From: Torpedo marmorata
Taxonomy: Eukaryota
Assembly: GCA_977017645.1 (NCBI GenBank)
Contig: OZ360227.1
Span: forward strand, 34,224,001-34,288,000
Length of the DNA stretch: 64,000 nucleotides
Reading direction: 5' to 3'
The notes under the pieces were generated by a model. It had not been told where the DNA came from. It was given only the letters and a program-made list of their open reading frames with translations, and made no database searches. Of the stretch, positions 24,100-35,686 are shown piece by piece. Position 1 is the stretch's first letter. Every line of letters begins with the position of its first letter. Position numbers and translations under genes: made by a program.

Positions 24100-25900
24100 T
24101 CTGAAAAAGAACATGGAATCCCCAGGAATGGATTGTATCTTCTCCATGTTACGAACCATCTCATCCACCCCTTAATCTTCTGAGTACACACTTCGCCCAT
24201 TTTCCTTATAACTTAATTACTGGTGCCTAGATATCATTGTAGTAAATTTACCTATCACCTTCTGTGAGATTATTAAATCTTTCCTGAAGCTTGGTGGCCA
24301 AAAGAACTTACTACAATTCAGGATGAATTACTACACAAAATCCACTTGTGTCTCTTTCTCGAGGTCAGAATTCCATCAGCATTTGTAATTCTCTATAACC
24401 ACCCATGGTTATATAATCTCTTTGGATCTCTATTGCTTCAAGTTTTCATCATTTAACAAGTCACCTAATTCGTCCTTCTGAGGTAGAAGGAGAATGATTG
24501 GACTATACTGAAATTCTGTTGCAACAGTTTTGTCCATGTACCTAATCCACTAGTAGATCATCATACTTTTATACTTCCATCTACACTGCTTAAATTGCCA
24601 CCTATTTTCACGAATTCATAAATTTGGCACATCTGGCTCTCTACCTCATCATTTTCATTACTAAACTGAATAGTTAATGTCCCAGTAGCATCACTGACAC
24701 AACTTGTCATGTTTTGTTACTGTACACAGAATTTTTTTCAACCAGATCAACAACTTCAGTTCCATGAATATCACCAAGTCGTCTGATGCCTTTATCAAAT
24801 GCTCCTGGAAGTCCATACAAATAATATCCACGAAGATTCCCTTGATTTAGTTGGACCCTCAAAAAAAATTCAAGACGGTTTATGCCCTACCTTTTATATA
24901 TTTATGTGGTTCTCACTGATGATGTTGAAAATATTCCAACTTTTCAGTCACTCCACGCTTAGATGTGAGCTATTTTCTGTCCATAGATTAGGCTAACTGG
25001 CCTATAATTAGCCTACATTGCAAATGAATGATTTCCCATTCTCCTACCTTAAAGAATAATTAAAGAACCAAGAACTTCACGTTGTATTTACAGCATCTGC
25101 ATAAATAAGCTATTTTTTTAGAATAATTAGAGATTGAAATGCTCTAATTATGGAGAACTGTTGTGTCATTAGATGTCATTATTCTCTTAATTACAATTAA
25201 TTTGCTTACACTAAGTCCATTGAGCCTCCAATTCAATATTAACTTTTTTAGGACGGCCAGCATTCTGTTTTATCCCTTTTACTGTAAATACTGCCACAAA
25301 ATAATTCTTTAACTTGTCTGTATTTTATTTAAATTGTTCCATCAATTGTTAACAGGCCTATATTGCTTTCAACTGCATTCTTTTGTATTGATTTTGTGAA
25401 CCCTTAAGTTTCCTTTGAAGCTTTTGGTTTTTTCCTCTTTGCTGTAGTCTTAACTCCTATTTGTCAGGGTCAGTGCTATTTTTTTTGCACTATTGAATGC
25501 TTTCTTTTAGAAGCTTTAGATCATCCTTTAATCTCTCATTGTCTGTGACTTTTTAATATTGCGAGTACTTGCTGCCCTTCATTGGAATGTACTCTTTCGT
25601 GCTCAAAAAATAACACAACTCCCTTTCACCTGTTAACAAATTTAAAGAGTTTACTGTAGAAAATCTCTTTCACCTTGATGAAGTCAGCATTACCCAAATC
25701 CAGAATTTTAAATGGCTATTTTGCACAAATCCCTTTTAAACCACAGTCCTGAACTTAAAATCATAATATAATTATTATGTAACATTAATGCTGGGCATTA
25801 ACTAAATCTGGATCAATGACCTTTAAATTCATCACTGCATTTTTGCTGAAGTTATTGCAGGAAATTGTAATGAACATAACTAGGTTTCATACCTGGGATT
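24100..25900 (-). mobile_element. Very old, degraded CR1-like LINE remnant
   Basis: Scattered similarity to the complement of CR1 ORF2 (e.g. GCCTTTATCAAATGCTCCTGGAAGTCCATA, GGCTAACTGGCCTATAATT). No intact ORF. Confidence 0.45.
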
Positions 25901-26501
25901 ATCTGATTATTCTAATGTACATTAAATTTTTAATCATCATTAAAATAGTTCTGCCTTCAATAGAAGCTTTTCTAATGTCAGCATTCAGATTCTGCCACTT
26001 CACAGCTATTGCCAGGATGTCTATAAACACTGATCTGTCCAGTTCTTCATTGTTCCCATGATGTCTTCTCTGTCTTCTTACCTCAAATCATGGAGATAAT
26101 TTCATCATTAAGCACCAACAGTAATCCCTTCCTAGCACCATACACAGTAAAACTCTTAGAATTCCATTGTTCAAAAATACCGATGTTTTTGGTACTTGGC
26201 TTACCAGATGCCATTTGCCAAACGTCCTTTCCACTCACCAGGAGCCTTATTTCCCATGTTCCCTTTAAACTTACAGGGTTCACTGGGGAATTTAGTTCAA
26301 TGCTGTTTAACATTTATAAAAAGCCAATTAAAAGTGTGTTGGTTGTAAATAGAAATAACACCCATTAGCGTGGTGTGGTTCATTTAATTCCCAATCCATT
26401 CTAATGAGCATACCTCAAAAAAAAAAAAAAAATAGCTGTTGTGTTGCACCGTTTAATCTAAACTTCCATCTGCCATTCATTCATTTTGTACATTTTCTTA
26501 C

Positions 26502-26740
26502 CGATTTCCAGGTTCCCTCTGCAGACAGAGATCCACAAAGCTGCGAAAAGCTGCGGAGAAAGTTTTATTCATAGGACTTGGGGACCGTTCACTTGTGTTT
26601 GATCTCCTCATGCTGTAGGTGGCCACACTCTCGCCAATTCCAGAATCCACTCCGGAGCGGGAATTTTTTATCATCAGTTCTTTTTGTGGGAAACCGAAGT
26701 CTACCAAACATAATGACCCTTTCAACTTCTGGAGCAGCAT
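26502..26740 (-). CDS. STRADB: STRADB exon 10 (239 nt): MLLQKLKG...NSRSGVDSGIGES...KTFSAAFRSFVDLCLQREPGNR
   Basis: Strong match to the recalled STRADB sequence MLLQKLKG...SGVDSGIGES...KTFS...LCLQ. CAG acceptor at 26741 and GTAAG donor at 26497-26501. Confidence 0.96.
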
Positions 26741-26759
26741 CTGTTTTAAAAAAAAAAGG

Positions 26760-27090
26760 AAAACAAGATGGGGAATCTTCCACTAGCCAGGACCTGTTTC
26801 CCCAAGGCAACAATAGCAAGTACCAGAGGACATCTGTTTAAGGTGAGTGGAGGAAAGTTTAGGGGAGATGTCAGAGGCAAGATTTTTTTAAACTCAGAGT
26901 GGTGAGTGCCTGAAATGCATTGCTGGGGGTGGTGTTGGAGGCTGGTAGAACAGGTAATTTCGATAGGCACATGGATGCAAGAAAAATAAAGGGTTATGGG
27001 TAGGGACAGGTTAGATGTTGTGAAATAGGTTTATATAATACGACACAACACCGTGGACTGAAGGCCCTGATCTGTGCTTTAATGTTCTAT
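26760..27090 (+). mobile_element. CR1 LINE 3' end fragment
   Basis: TTTAAGGTGAGTGGAGGAAAGTTTAGGGGAGATGTCAGAGGCAAG...GGACTGAAGGCCCTGATCTGTGC tail. Confidence 0.7.
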
Positions 27091-27149
27091 CTTTCTCTGT
27101 CACATTAAATGATTTCTTAAAGTGGAATGCTCTAAGTGAAGAAAATTAC

Positions 27150-27254
27150 CTGAGTAGGTTGCGTGTTATGAAAAGGAACCTGGCCTCTGGCTAACTCGCA
27201 CGCTGTGATCCCAAGGCTGTAGATGTCAGACTTTGCATCATATCCATGCAAGTC
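27150..27254 (-). CDS. STRADB: STRADB exon 9 (105 nt): [35 protein letters not shown]
   Basis: Kinase subdomain IX (SDIYSLG). TAG acceptor and GTAA donor, phase 0/0. Confidence 0.96.
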
Positions 27255-28602
27255 CTAATGTGAAACAGAAAGTACAGTGTTTGAAATCCAATGGTAATGG
27301 GCAGGCTTACAACACCACTGTTCAAGAAAGGAAATGTGGAACTCCAGCTATTTGCACACCAAGGAAGCTTACTACCACTTTTAAAATCTAAAGAAGTAAA
27401 GAGCAAGATTTTTTCAGGGTATTGGCCATCAGCTGATTCACATTCTTTAGCCACGTTAGAAGGCAAGGCAACATTTGAGCATTTTGGGTCAGTTGTCTGT
27501 ATTTATTGCACCATTTAAAGCAGACACTCAAGAAGCCCAAAGCTAAGACAACTGTGCAATTGAAACTCTTGTCCTGGAACTCCTCATCTTGGTCTTCAAA
27601 CAAAATTCTTGGTTGAATGTTCTGCACGCCATGTTCCTATCGTGTACTTTGGAGAGAGGTGATCTGGGAAACTGCTCATGGTCCTCTCTGCCTTTCGATT
27701 CAGAAAAGAAAATCACACAGGATCATGCCCAAATTCTGCAAGTTAGTGAAATATTACATTTGAGCATAAGGAAGAAATATGACAAAACTGGATTCATTCA
27801 TCTCAAGATTATGTGCAACTGGCAAAGAATATTGGCTATATGCTGTGCAAGGACTGATTGTATTACTCAAAGGAATACAAAATTAAGCAAGGATTGATCA
27901 AATTCGGCACTGAAAGATGGTAAGAAAAAAAATTCCTCTTGTGGGGACATCAGAAGCAGGGAGTTTGGTGGGAATCTGGAAAGTTTCCTGATAAAGCAGT
28001 TGAGGTTGTGGGCTCAATTCATACAACTAAAATAAATCGAGTCAGTGTGGAAACAGACCCTTCAGCCTGACTTGCCCAAGCCGACCAAAATCTTCCACCT
28101 GCCTGCGTTTGGCCCATATCCCTCCAAACCCATCCCATCCGTGTATGTCCAATTTTTTCTTAAACTTTGCAATAGTACCTGCCTCAACCACCTCCTCTAG
28201 CAATCCATTCTATACACCCTCTGTGCAAAACAAAATATCCCTCAGGTTCCTGTTAATCTCTCAACCCACCCCCCTTAAACCTGCCCTCTGATTACAACTC
28301 TCTGTATTCACCCCGATCCATTCCTCTTATAAAACATAATTACAGAATCATGATCGAACAACATGGCACCCTCCTGTTTCTACATTTAAACTACATTTCA
28401 GTAGAGAAAAAATTAACCTTAGTTTCATTATTAAACAAATAACTTTGACATATTATCCAAGTACACAATTCTAAACCACAAGCAAGTGGGTACATTAGAA
28501 ACATTTTGTTCAAGTGCTGAAAGATAAATCTCAATTTTTCTCCATTCAACATACTTTCAGGTTGGTACACAGAGGCAAGTTTGTAGAACTATTTAAGCTT
28601 AC

Positions 28603-28774
28603 CTGCTGGAGAACTTCAGGACTCAGCCAAGGCAGAATTGAAGCACTAAACTCTGGAAAATCATATGCAACTCTTAGCCTCTGTCCATCAGTGATCATGC
28701 TGCAAAGTCCATGCAGACCAGAGAGATAAATATGTCCCTCCCCAGAAACAAGAATGTGGCTTGGTCTAACACTC
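28603..28774 (-). CDS. STRADB: STRADB exon 8 (172 nt): (R)[21 protein letters not shown]...[10 protein letters not shown]
   Basis: HRS in place of HRD and GLH in place of DFG, both STRAD pseudokinase hallmarks. CAG/GTAAG junctions. Confidence 0.96.
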
Positions 28775-29157
28775 CTGTTGAAGGAAAAGAAAAAATATTC
28801 CGAACTGATTAGCTCAGCTTGACTCCTTTAGGAAAGTGTTCTGAATAAACAACCCCATAACTAAATTTAGCCTCAAGAAGGGGGATGAATGACTCTTTGT
28901 TCGAGTATCTGACACATTATGACGGTTGAATCAGCCTGGACATTCTCGTGTAAGTTTGAATAGACATCAGACAAATCCTGCAATTCTATACACCGGTAGA
29001 AATTCATTCATTTTAATGAAAGAAGCCAAATGAGACTTCATGAAGCACTTCATGATAGGAATTCATCGTAGGTGATGCATAGGAATTACAAAAAAAGAAT
29101 AAAAAATGATATGTAATTCCCCTAACTTTATTTCATTGCATTTTGTTCTCATTAGAC

Positions 29158-32100
29158 TGTAGCCGCGCGCTACTTGAAAGAAGACACACACACGTAGTGT
29201 AGTCAGGTTAAGCTCTGTCTTTATTAGGGCTCAAGACCGACTTTTATATTAGCACAGTTCCCGCCGTGGCATCTTTTTGCTGACGTCACAACATGCATAA
29301 CAAAAGCGGGTTTCCCGCATAACAATACCCTTCTTCCCCGCGCGCTGTCCCTGTCTGTTGGCTGTGCAGCAAGGCTAGCGCCATTTTGGGGTCGCTGGCC
29401 TTTAAGCTGCCCTTGCCGTTTACCCGCCGGTTCGCTTATTGGGGCCAGTGCCGCTGCGCGGGCTGCTGGCTTTTGATTGCGCTCGCCGCCCAGAGAGCCG
29501 GCTCGATCGCCGCCGTGGCGGGCCGCCACATGACCCCCCCAAAACCGGCGGTGTTGTCCTTGGTGCCCAGAGGCAAAGTCTCTGCAGCCTTCGGTAGCCT
29601 GCCTCTTCGGCGTGGTGCTGGTGTCTCGACCGGGCACGCCGGGTCCAGGTGTGCCGGCTTCAGCCTGTCTGTGGTGAAAACCTCCATCTTGCCTCCGACC
29701 TCCAGCTTGAACGTGGCCCCGTTGTTGCGGATGACCCGGAACGGACCCTTGTATGGCCTCTGAAGCGGTGGACGATGTGGACCCCTGCGAATGAAAACGT
29801 ACTCACAGTCCTGCAGGTCTCTGGGTATGTTGGTCCTCGCATGTCCGTGCCTGGAAGGTGGAATCGGGGCCAGGTTGCTGACTCTTTCCCTTAGCCTGCC
29901 GAGGAACGCTGCAGAGTCGTCCTGCTGCCCGCCTGGGGATGATACGAATTCTCCCAGGACCACCAGTGGAGCTCCGTAGTCGAGTTCGGCCGAAGAGGTG
30001 TTGAGGTCCTCCTTGGGTGTCGTGCGGATGCCCAACAGCGCCCATGGTAGCTCATCTGCCCAGTTGGGACCTTGGAGTCTGGTCATGAGCGCGGTCTTGA
30101 GGTGCCTGTGGAAGCGCTCCACCAATCCATTGGACTGTGTGTGATAAGCTGTTGTGTGATGCAGCTGGGCACTCCACAGGCTGGCGATGTCGGACCACAG
30201 ACTGGAGGTGAACTGGGCCCCTCTGTCGGATGTGATGTGGGATGGTAATCCGAACCGTGCCACCCAGGACGAGATGAGGGCCCTGGCGCACGAGGTTGTG
30301 GATGTGTCTGCCAGCGGGACTGCTTCTGGCTACCTGGTGAAGCGGTCGACCATCGTGAACAGATAACGGAAACCCTGGGATACCGGCAAGGGTCCTACTA
30401 TCTATGTCCATGTGGATGTGGTCGAACCTTCGTTTTGCGGGCTCGAAGTGCTGAGGTGGGGTCTTGGTGTGCTGCTGTACCTTGGTTGTTTGGCATCGCG
30501 TGCACGCCTTCGCCCACCCGCTGACCTGTTTCCGCAATCCATGCCACACGTATTTACTGGCCACCAGTCGACCGTGGTCCTGACGGAGGTCCTGACGGAT
30601 GGGTGAGCCAGTCCGTGGATGGAGTCGAAAACCTGTCGTCTCCAAGCCGCCGGGACGATGGGTCCGACCTGACCGGTGGCCACGTCGCTCAGGAGGGTGG
30701 TGTTACCTGTGCCGACTGGGATGTCCTGGAGCTGCAGTCCCGATATGGCAGTCCTGTACTGGGCATCTCCTCATCTTTCTGCTGCGCCTCCGCCAGTGCT
30801 ATGAAGTCCATTGCCCTTGACAGCGCGTGGATACTTTGCCTGGACAGTGCATCGGCCACCACGTTGTCCTTACCGGAGACGTGCCTTACATCTGTGGTGT
30901 ACTCCGAGATGTAAGACAGGTGTCGTTGCTGGCGGGCTGACCAGGGGTCTGAGATCTTAGCCAAGGCGAAAGTCAGGGGCTTGTGACCTGTGAAAGCCGT
31001 GAAGGCCCTGCCCTCTAGGAAGTACCTGAAGTGGTGGATGGCTAAGTACAGCGCCAGTAGCTCTCTGTCAAAAGCGCTGTACTTCAGTTCTGGAGGCCGC
31101 AGATGTTTGCTGAAGAAAGCCAGCGGCCGCCAACTTCCTTCGATCTGCTGCTCCAGAACTCCGCCGATCGCCGTTCCTGAGGCGTCCACCGTCAGGGCCG
31201 TTGGAGTGTCTGCCCTGATGTGCCAGGAGAGCGGCGTCCGCCAGGGCGTCCTTGGCCTTCATGAAGGCTTCCGATGACTCCTCGTCCCAGGTGATGTCCT
31301 TCGCCTTGCCTGCCATCCGGGCGAACAAGGGCCGCATGATCCTGGCAGCTGAGGGGATGAACCTGTGGTAGAAATTGATCATCCCCACGAACTCCTGTAG
31401 TCCCTTGGTCGTGTTGGGTCTGGGGAACTTCCGGATGGCCTCCACTTTACTGGGTAGCGGTGTGGCTCCTTCCCTGGTTATCCTGTGGCCCAGGAAGTCG
31501 ATGGCCTCCAATCCGAACTGGCATTTGGCTGGGTTGATCGTCAGGCCGAACTCGCTCAGTCGGGTGTAGAGGTTGCGGAGGTGCATCATATGCTGTCGGT
31601 TCCTGCTCGCCACCAGGATGTCGTCCAGGTACACGAAGCTGCCGTCCAGGTCTCGGCCCACTGCGTCCATGAGTCACTGGAAGGTCTGTGCGGCGTTCTT
31701 TAGCCCGAACGACATTCAGAGGAATTCAAAAAGGCCTAACGGGGTGATGATGGCGGTCCTGGGGATATCCTCGGGTCGTACCGGGATTTGATGATATCCC
31801 CACACGAGGTCCACCTTGGAGAAGATCCTTGCCCCATGCAGGTTAGCCGCGAAGTCCTGGATGTGCGGCACGGGGTACCGATCCGGTGTCGTGGCCTCGT
31901 TGAGCCAGCGGTAGTTGCCGCATGGTCTCCAGCCCCCAGTTGCTTTGGGTACCATGTACAGGGGAGAAGCCCATGGGCTGTCCGACCGCCGTACGATGCC
32001 GAGCTCCTCCAGCTTCCTGAATTCCTCCTTCGCCAGCTGGAGCTTCTCCGGAGGAAGGCATCTTGCCCTTGCGTAGAGCGGCAGGCCCTGGGTCAGGATG

Positions 32101-33663
32101 TGGTGCTGTACTCCATGTCGGGGCATCACCGTGGTGAATTGGGGGAATTCACTGTAGAGAACTCGGCCAGGACCCTGGCGTACTCATTGTCCGATCTCTG
32201 TACGGAGTCCAGGTGGAGTGCTGGGAGCCGGGTGTCTTTGAGGGGGAAGGTTTGAAAAGTCTTGGCATGGACCAATCTCCTTCCCTTGAGGTCCACTAGC
32301 AGGTTGTGGGCACGCAGGAAGTCTGCCCCGAGGAGCGGCTGTTCCACTGCGGCCAGCGTGAACACCCACGAGAAGGGGCTGCCTCCCAACAGCAGTTGGG
32401 CCTTGCGGGTACCGTAGGTCCGAATCGTGCTGTTGGCAGCCCTCAGCGTGGGGCCCGACTGCCTGTTCCTGGTGTCCTGTCCCGACGGGGGCAGGACGCT
32501 GACGTCTGCTCCTGTGTCCAAGAGGAAGCGTCGTCTGGACTGGCGATCCCAGACGTACAGGAGGCTGTCTTGGTGGCCAGCCGTCGTGGCCATTAGCGAC
32601 GGCTGGCCCCGGCGTTTCTCTGAAACGCGCATGGCGGCCTGCACCGGCGCCCCAACTCTGGTGGTAGAAACACCACTGGTCGTCTGGATCACCTCCTCTG
32701 GGGCGCTGCTGTTCTATTGGCGGCTCTGCACGGGTCTGGCTGTGGGGTTTAGTGACGAGCCCCACGGACACCGAGCACTCTCTCTTATGTTTCCACAGAA
32801 TGTCCGCTCGTGCTGCGATTTTCCAGGGGTCGCTGAAATCCGCGTCAGCCAGGAGCAGTTGGATTCCCTCGGGCAGTTGCTCCAGGAATGCCTGCTCGAA
32901 CATGATGCAGGCTCGTGTTTACCCAGGAGGGCCAGCATCTCGTTCATGAGAGCTGACGGGGACCTGTCCCCTAGCCCGTCCAGGTGGAGCAGACGTGTCC
33001 CTCTCTAGCACCGTGAGAGCCCGAAGGTCTCAATCAGCAAGTCCTTGAAGATGGGGGCTCCTGGATGAAGTTGGCCACCAGGCCTGCTGTGTCCTGGTCT
33101 AGGGCGCTCACCACGAATGGTAGTACCGGGTGGATTCTGCTGTGATCTGCCGGATCTGGAACTGTGCCTCAGCCTGGTCAAACCACACGCGTGGTTGATT
33201 CGTCCGGAAGGTCGTCAGCTTGAGAGCGACCGCGTTGACTGCTGCCTGTTCGCTCATCGTGGGTTTAGATGCCGTCTAAACCGTCGGGATCACCAATTGT
33301 AGCCGCGCGCTACTCGAAAGAAGACACACACACGTAGTGTAGTCAGGTTAAGCTCTGTCTTTATTAGGGCTCAAGCCCGACTTTTATATTAGCACAGTTC
33401 CCACCCTGGCCTCCTTTTGCTGACGTCACAACATGCATAACAAAAGCGGCTTTCCTGCGCACGGGTACTTTCCTGCATAACAATACCCTTCTTCCCCGCG
33501 CGCTGTCCCTGTCTGTTGGCTGTGCAGCAAGGCCAGCGCCATTTTGGGGTCGCTGGCCTTTAAGTTGCCCTTGCCGTTTACCCGCCGCTGCGCGGGCTGC
33601 TGACTTTGGTTGCGCTCGCCGCCCGGAGAGCCGGCTCGATCGCCGCAGCGGCGGGCCGCCACA
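29158..33663 (-). mobile_element. Full-length degenerate Ty3/Gypsy LTR retrotransposon, CsRn1/Kabuki-type
   Basis: LTRs at 29158-29530 and 33298-33663 (TG...CA), 4-bp TSD AGAC, PBS TGGTGATCCCGACG (tRNA-Trp-like) and a G-rich PPT next to the left LTR. Order gag-PR(LLDTGA)-RT(YLDD)-RNaseH(DAS...RELLA)-IN(SDRGAQF...VERFHR...GPF). Many frameshifts. Confidence 0.95.
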
Positions 33664-34039
33664 AGACTATTTAAAACGAAAATTGTATGTTTATTAGATG
33701 CTAACAATTCCCCCAAAATAAAAGACAGATGCAAGCCAATATCAGCACATATTTCAATCAAAGCCTCAAATGAAAATAAAAATTTCCTCTGGATTAAGTG
33801 TTGTATAAAGAGCATCGTAAATATTGAAGAATTTTATACTTTAATAACTATACAAAAACTGGAAAGCAATTCAAAAATTATTTCCATGCATGCCTACACG
33901 GTATTCATTTAAAATTAATCAAGAAAAATCAGCAATAGACGCGGCGATACACCTCTCCCAGAAGATAAAGCCAAGAAGACTTCTTAATTAACTCAAAAAA
34001 CTTTACAACATTATAAAAAGGGTTATAACTAACTACAGA

Positions 34040-35419
34040 ATGGCTGGCAGAAAAACGAAAGAACAGAAAGCTAAGAAAACGATGGTACAGACAACTCTAC
34101 TTCAAGAAGAAAAAAGGCCTACCTTAGAGATGGAGCCTGGGACTGCCTTACTGCTGAAGCCTGGTAAGAGACCTGGCAGACGATCGACTGAGTCGGGAAC
34201 GCCGACGCTACCTCCGCAGGGAGCTGCGGAAGATGGCGCCGGCGCCCGACCTAAGACTACAAAAAGATTGGAAGAACAAGCGCGCATGCGCAGAATTGCC
34301 GATCTTCAGCTTCAATTACAAGAGGCCAGGATGACGTCATCGGAGGCTTCCCAGACTATACTACAGGCTGGGAAGCCCAAATCATCGTCAGAATCTGAAG
34401 GGGAAAAAGAAGATAGCCAGCTGGAAGAAGAGGATGCTGAAGATTTTGAAGCATATGGAGGTGATGTACAAAGACAGTTATGGTTGATCCAAAATAGTCA
34501 AGAAAATATTTTACAGGCTATTGCAAAATTAGAAGGAAGAATGGATGCTAAGCTTAATATAGCTATAAGTAAAATGCAAAATGAATTTACAGATATAAAA
34601 CAGAAAATGGGAAGATTGGAAAGTGTTGTAGGTAAAGTGGACGTAAGAGTTAAAAGAATGGAAGAGGAAACTGAATCTAATAAATTCGAGGTGGAACATT
34701 GTAGAGACAGAGTGGATAAAATGGAAGATACTTTTACTGGATGGCAAAAGCAAAGAGATGAAATGATGCAGAAAATAGATCAGATGGAAAATCAAAGTCG
34801 CAGAAATAATGTGAAAATATTGGGACTACCTGAAAATCTTGAAACTTTGGATACGACTCAATTTTTTCAAGATTGGTTGAAGGAGATTTTTAAATTTGAA
34901 CAACCAATAGAGCTTGAGCGTGCCCATAGGATTGGAAGGAGAAATCAGATAGATCGGAGACCACGTCCAGTTTTGATAAAGTGTTTAAGATATCAAGACA
35001 GAGAAAGAATTTTAAGATTAGCAATTCAACATGCACGAGAGCATGGTGCTCCGATGATGATTCAAGAGAATAGAATTTTATTCTATCCTGATTTAAGTCC
35101 TATGGTGGTTAAACAACGTAAAGAATTTAATCCTGCGAAGGCAAAATTGTGGGAGAAAGGTTATAAATTTTCGTTTAAATATCCGGCGACTTTGAGAGTT
35201 CAAAATGGTGATGGTTCTATTTTATTTATGGATTCTCAACAAGCCTTGTTACATGCAAATAATCTTCCACATCTGAGAAGAGTCTACACTGTGGGTGCTA
35301 TTCAGCAAGTGCGAGAAGGTCAAGCAAGAAGAGAGAATGAAGTGCCGGGTTTGATAACTGAAGAAGCTGCGTTGGTTCAAATCGAAGAAGAAAGTGAAAA
35401 TTTGAGAGGAGTTAATTGA
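34040..35419 (+). CDS. L1 ORF1p (coiled coil, RRM and CTD), 459 aa
   Basis: DQMENQSRRNNVKILGLPE, IELERAHRIG, RPRPVLIK, FYPDLS and YPATLRV motifs after a long coiled-coil region. Open reading frame is uninterrupted. Confidence 0.93.
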   Translation: MAGRKTKEQKAKKTMVQTTLLQEEKRPTLEMEPGTALLLKPGKRPGRRSTESGTPTLPPQGAAEDGAGARPKTTKRLEEQARMRRIADLQLQLQEARMTSSEASQTILQAGKPKSSSESEGEKEDSQLEEEDAEDFEAYGGDVQRQLWLIQNSQENILQAIAKLEGRMDAKLNIAISKMQNEFTDIKQKMGRLESVVGKVDVRVKRMEEETESNKFEVEHCRDRVDKMEDTFTGWQKQRDEMMQKIDQMENQSRRNNVKILGLPENLETLDTTQFFQDWLKEIFKFEQPIELERAHRIGRRNQIDRRPRPVLIKCLRYQDRERILRLAIQHAREHGAPMMIQENRILFYPDLSPMVVKQRKEFNPAKAKLWEKGYKFSFKYPATLRVQNGDGSILFMDSQQALLHANNLPHLRRVYTVGAIQQVREGQARRENEVPGLITEEAALVQIEEESENLRGVN

Positions 35420-35686
35420 ATATAAAATGTATGAATAATTATCTGTCTGGGGGAGGTGGACTCATTGGGACTTTTTCCGAAACCACCGCCACTTTAGCGG
35501 TTAGAACCGCTTCTCGAGCGACGGAGGGGGGTAACACTGGGATATATAGTCCAGTGTTAATTATGGGATGTTCTTTTTTCTTACTTTTCTATTACTTCAA
35601 TCTATTTGAGGAGAAAATATGTAATCAATGGTATAGGAGGGATGCGTCGGCGGATCTGACGGATAGAGAATGTTTAAAATTTGATT

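Noticed and set aside
35455-35487. Hammerhead ribozyme in the L1 spacer (stem-GAAA-stem)
   Set aside because: It lacks the CUGANGA core (ACTCATT instead). Retained only as a generic structured element.
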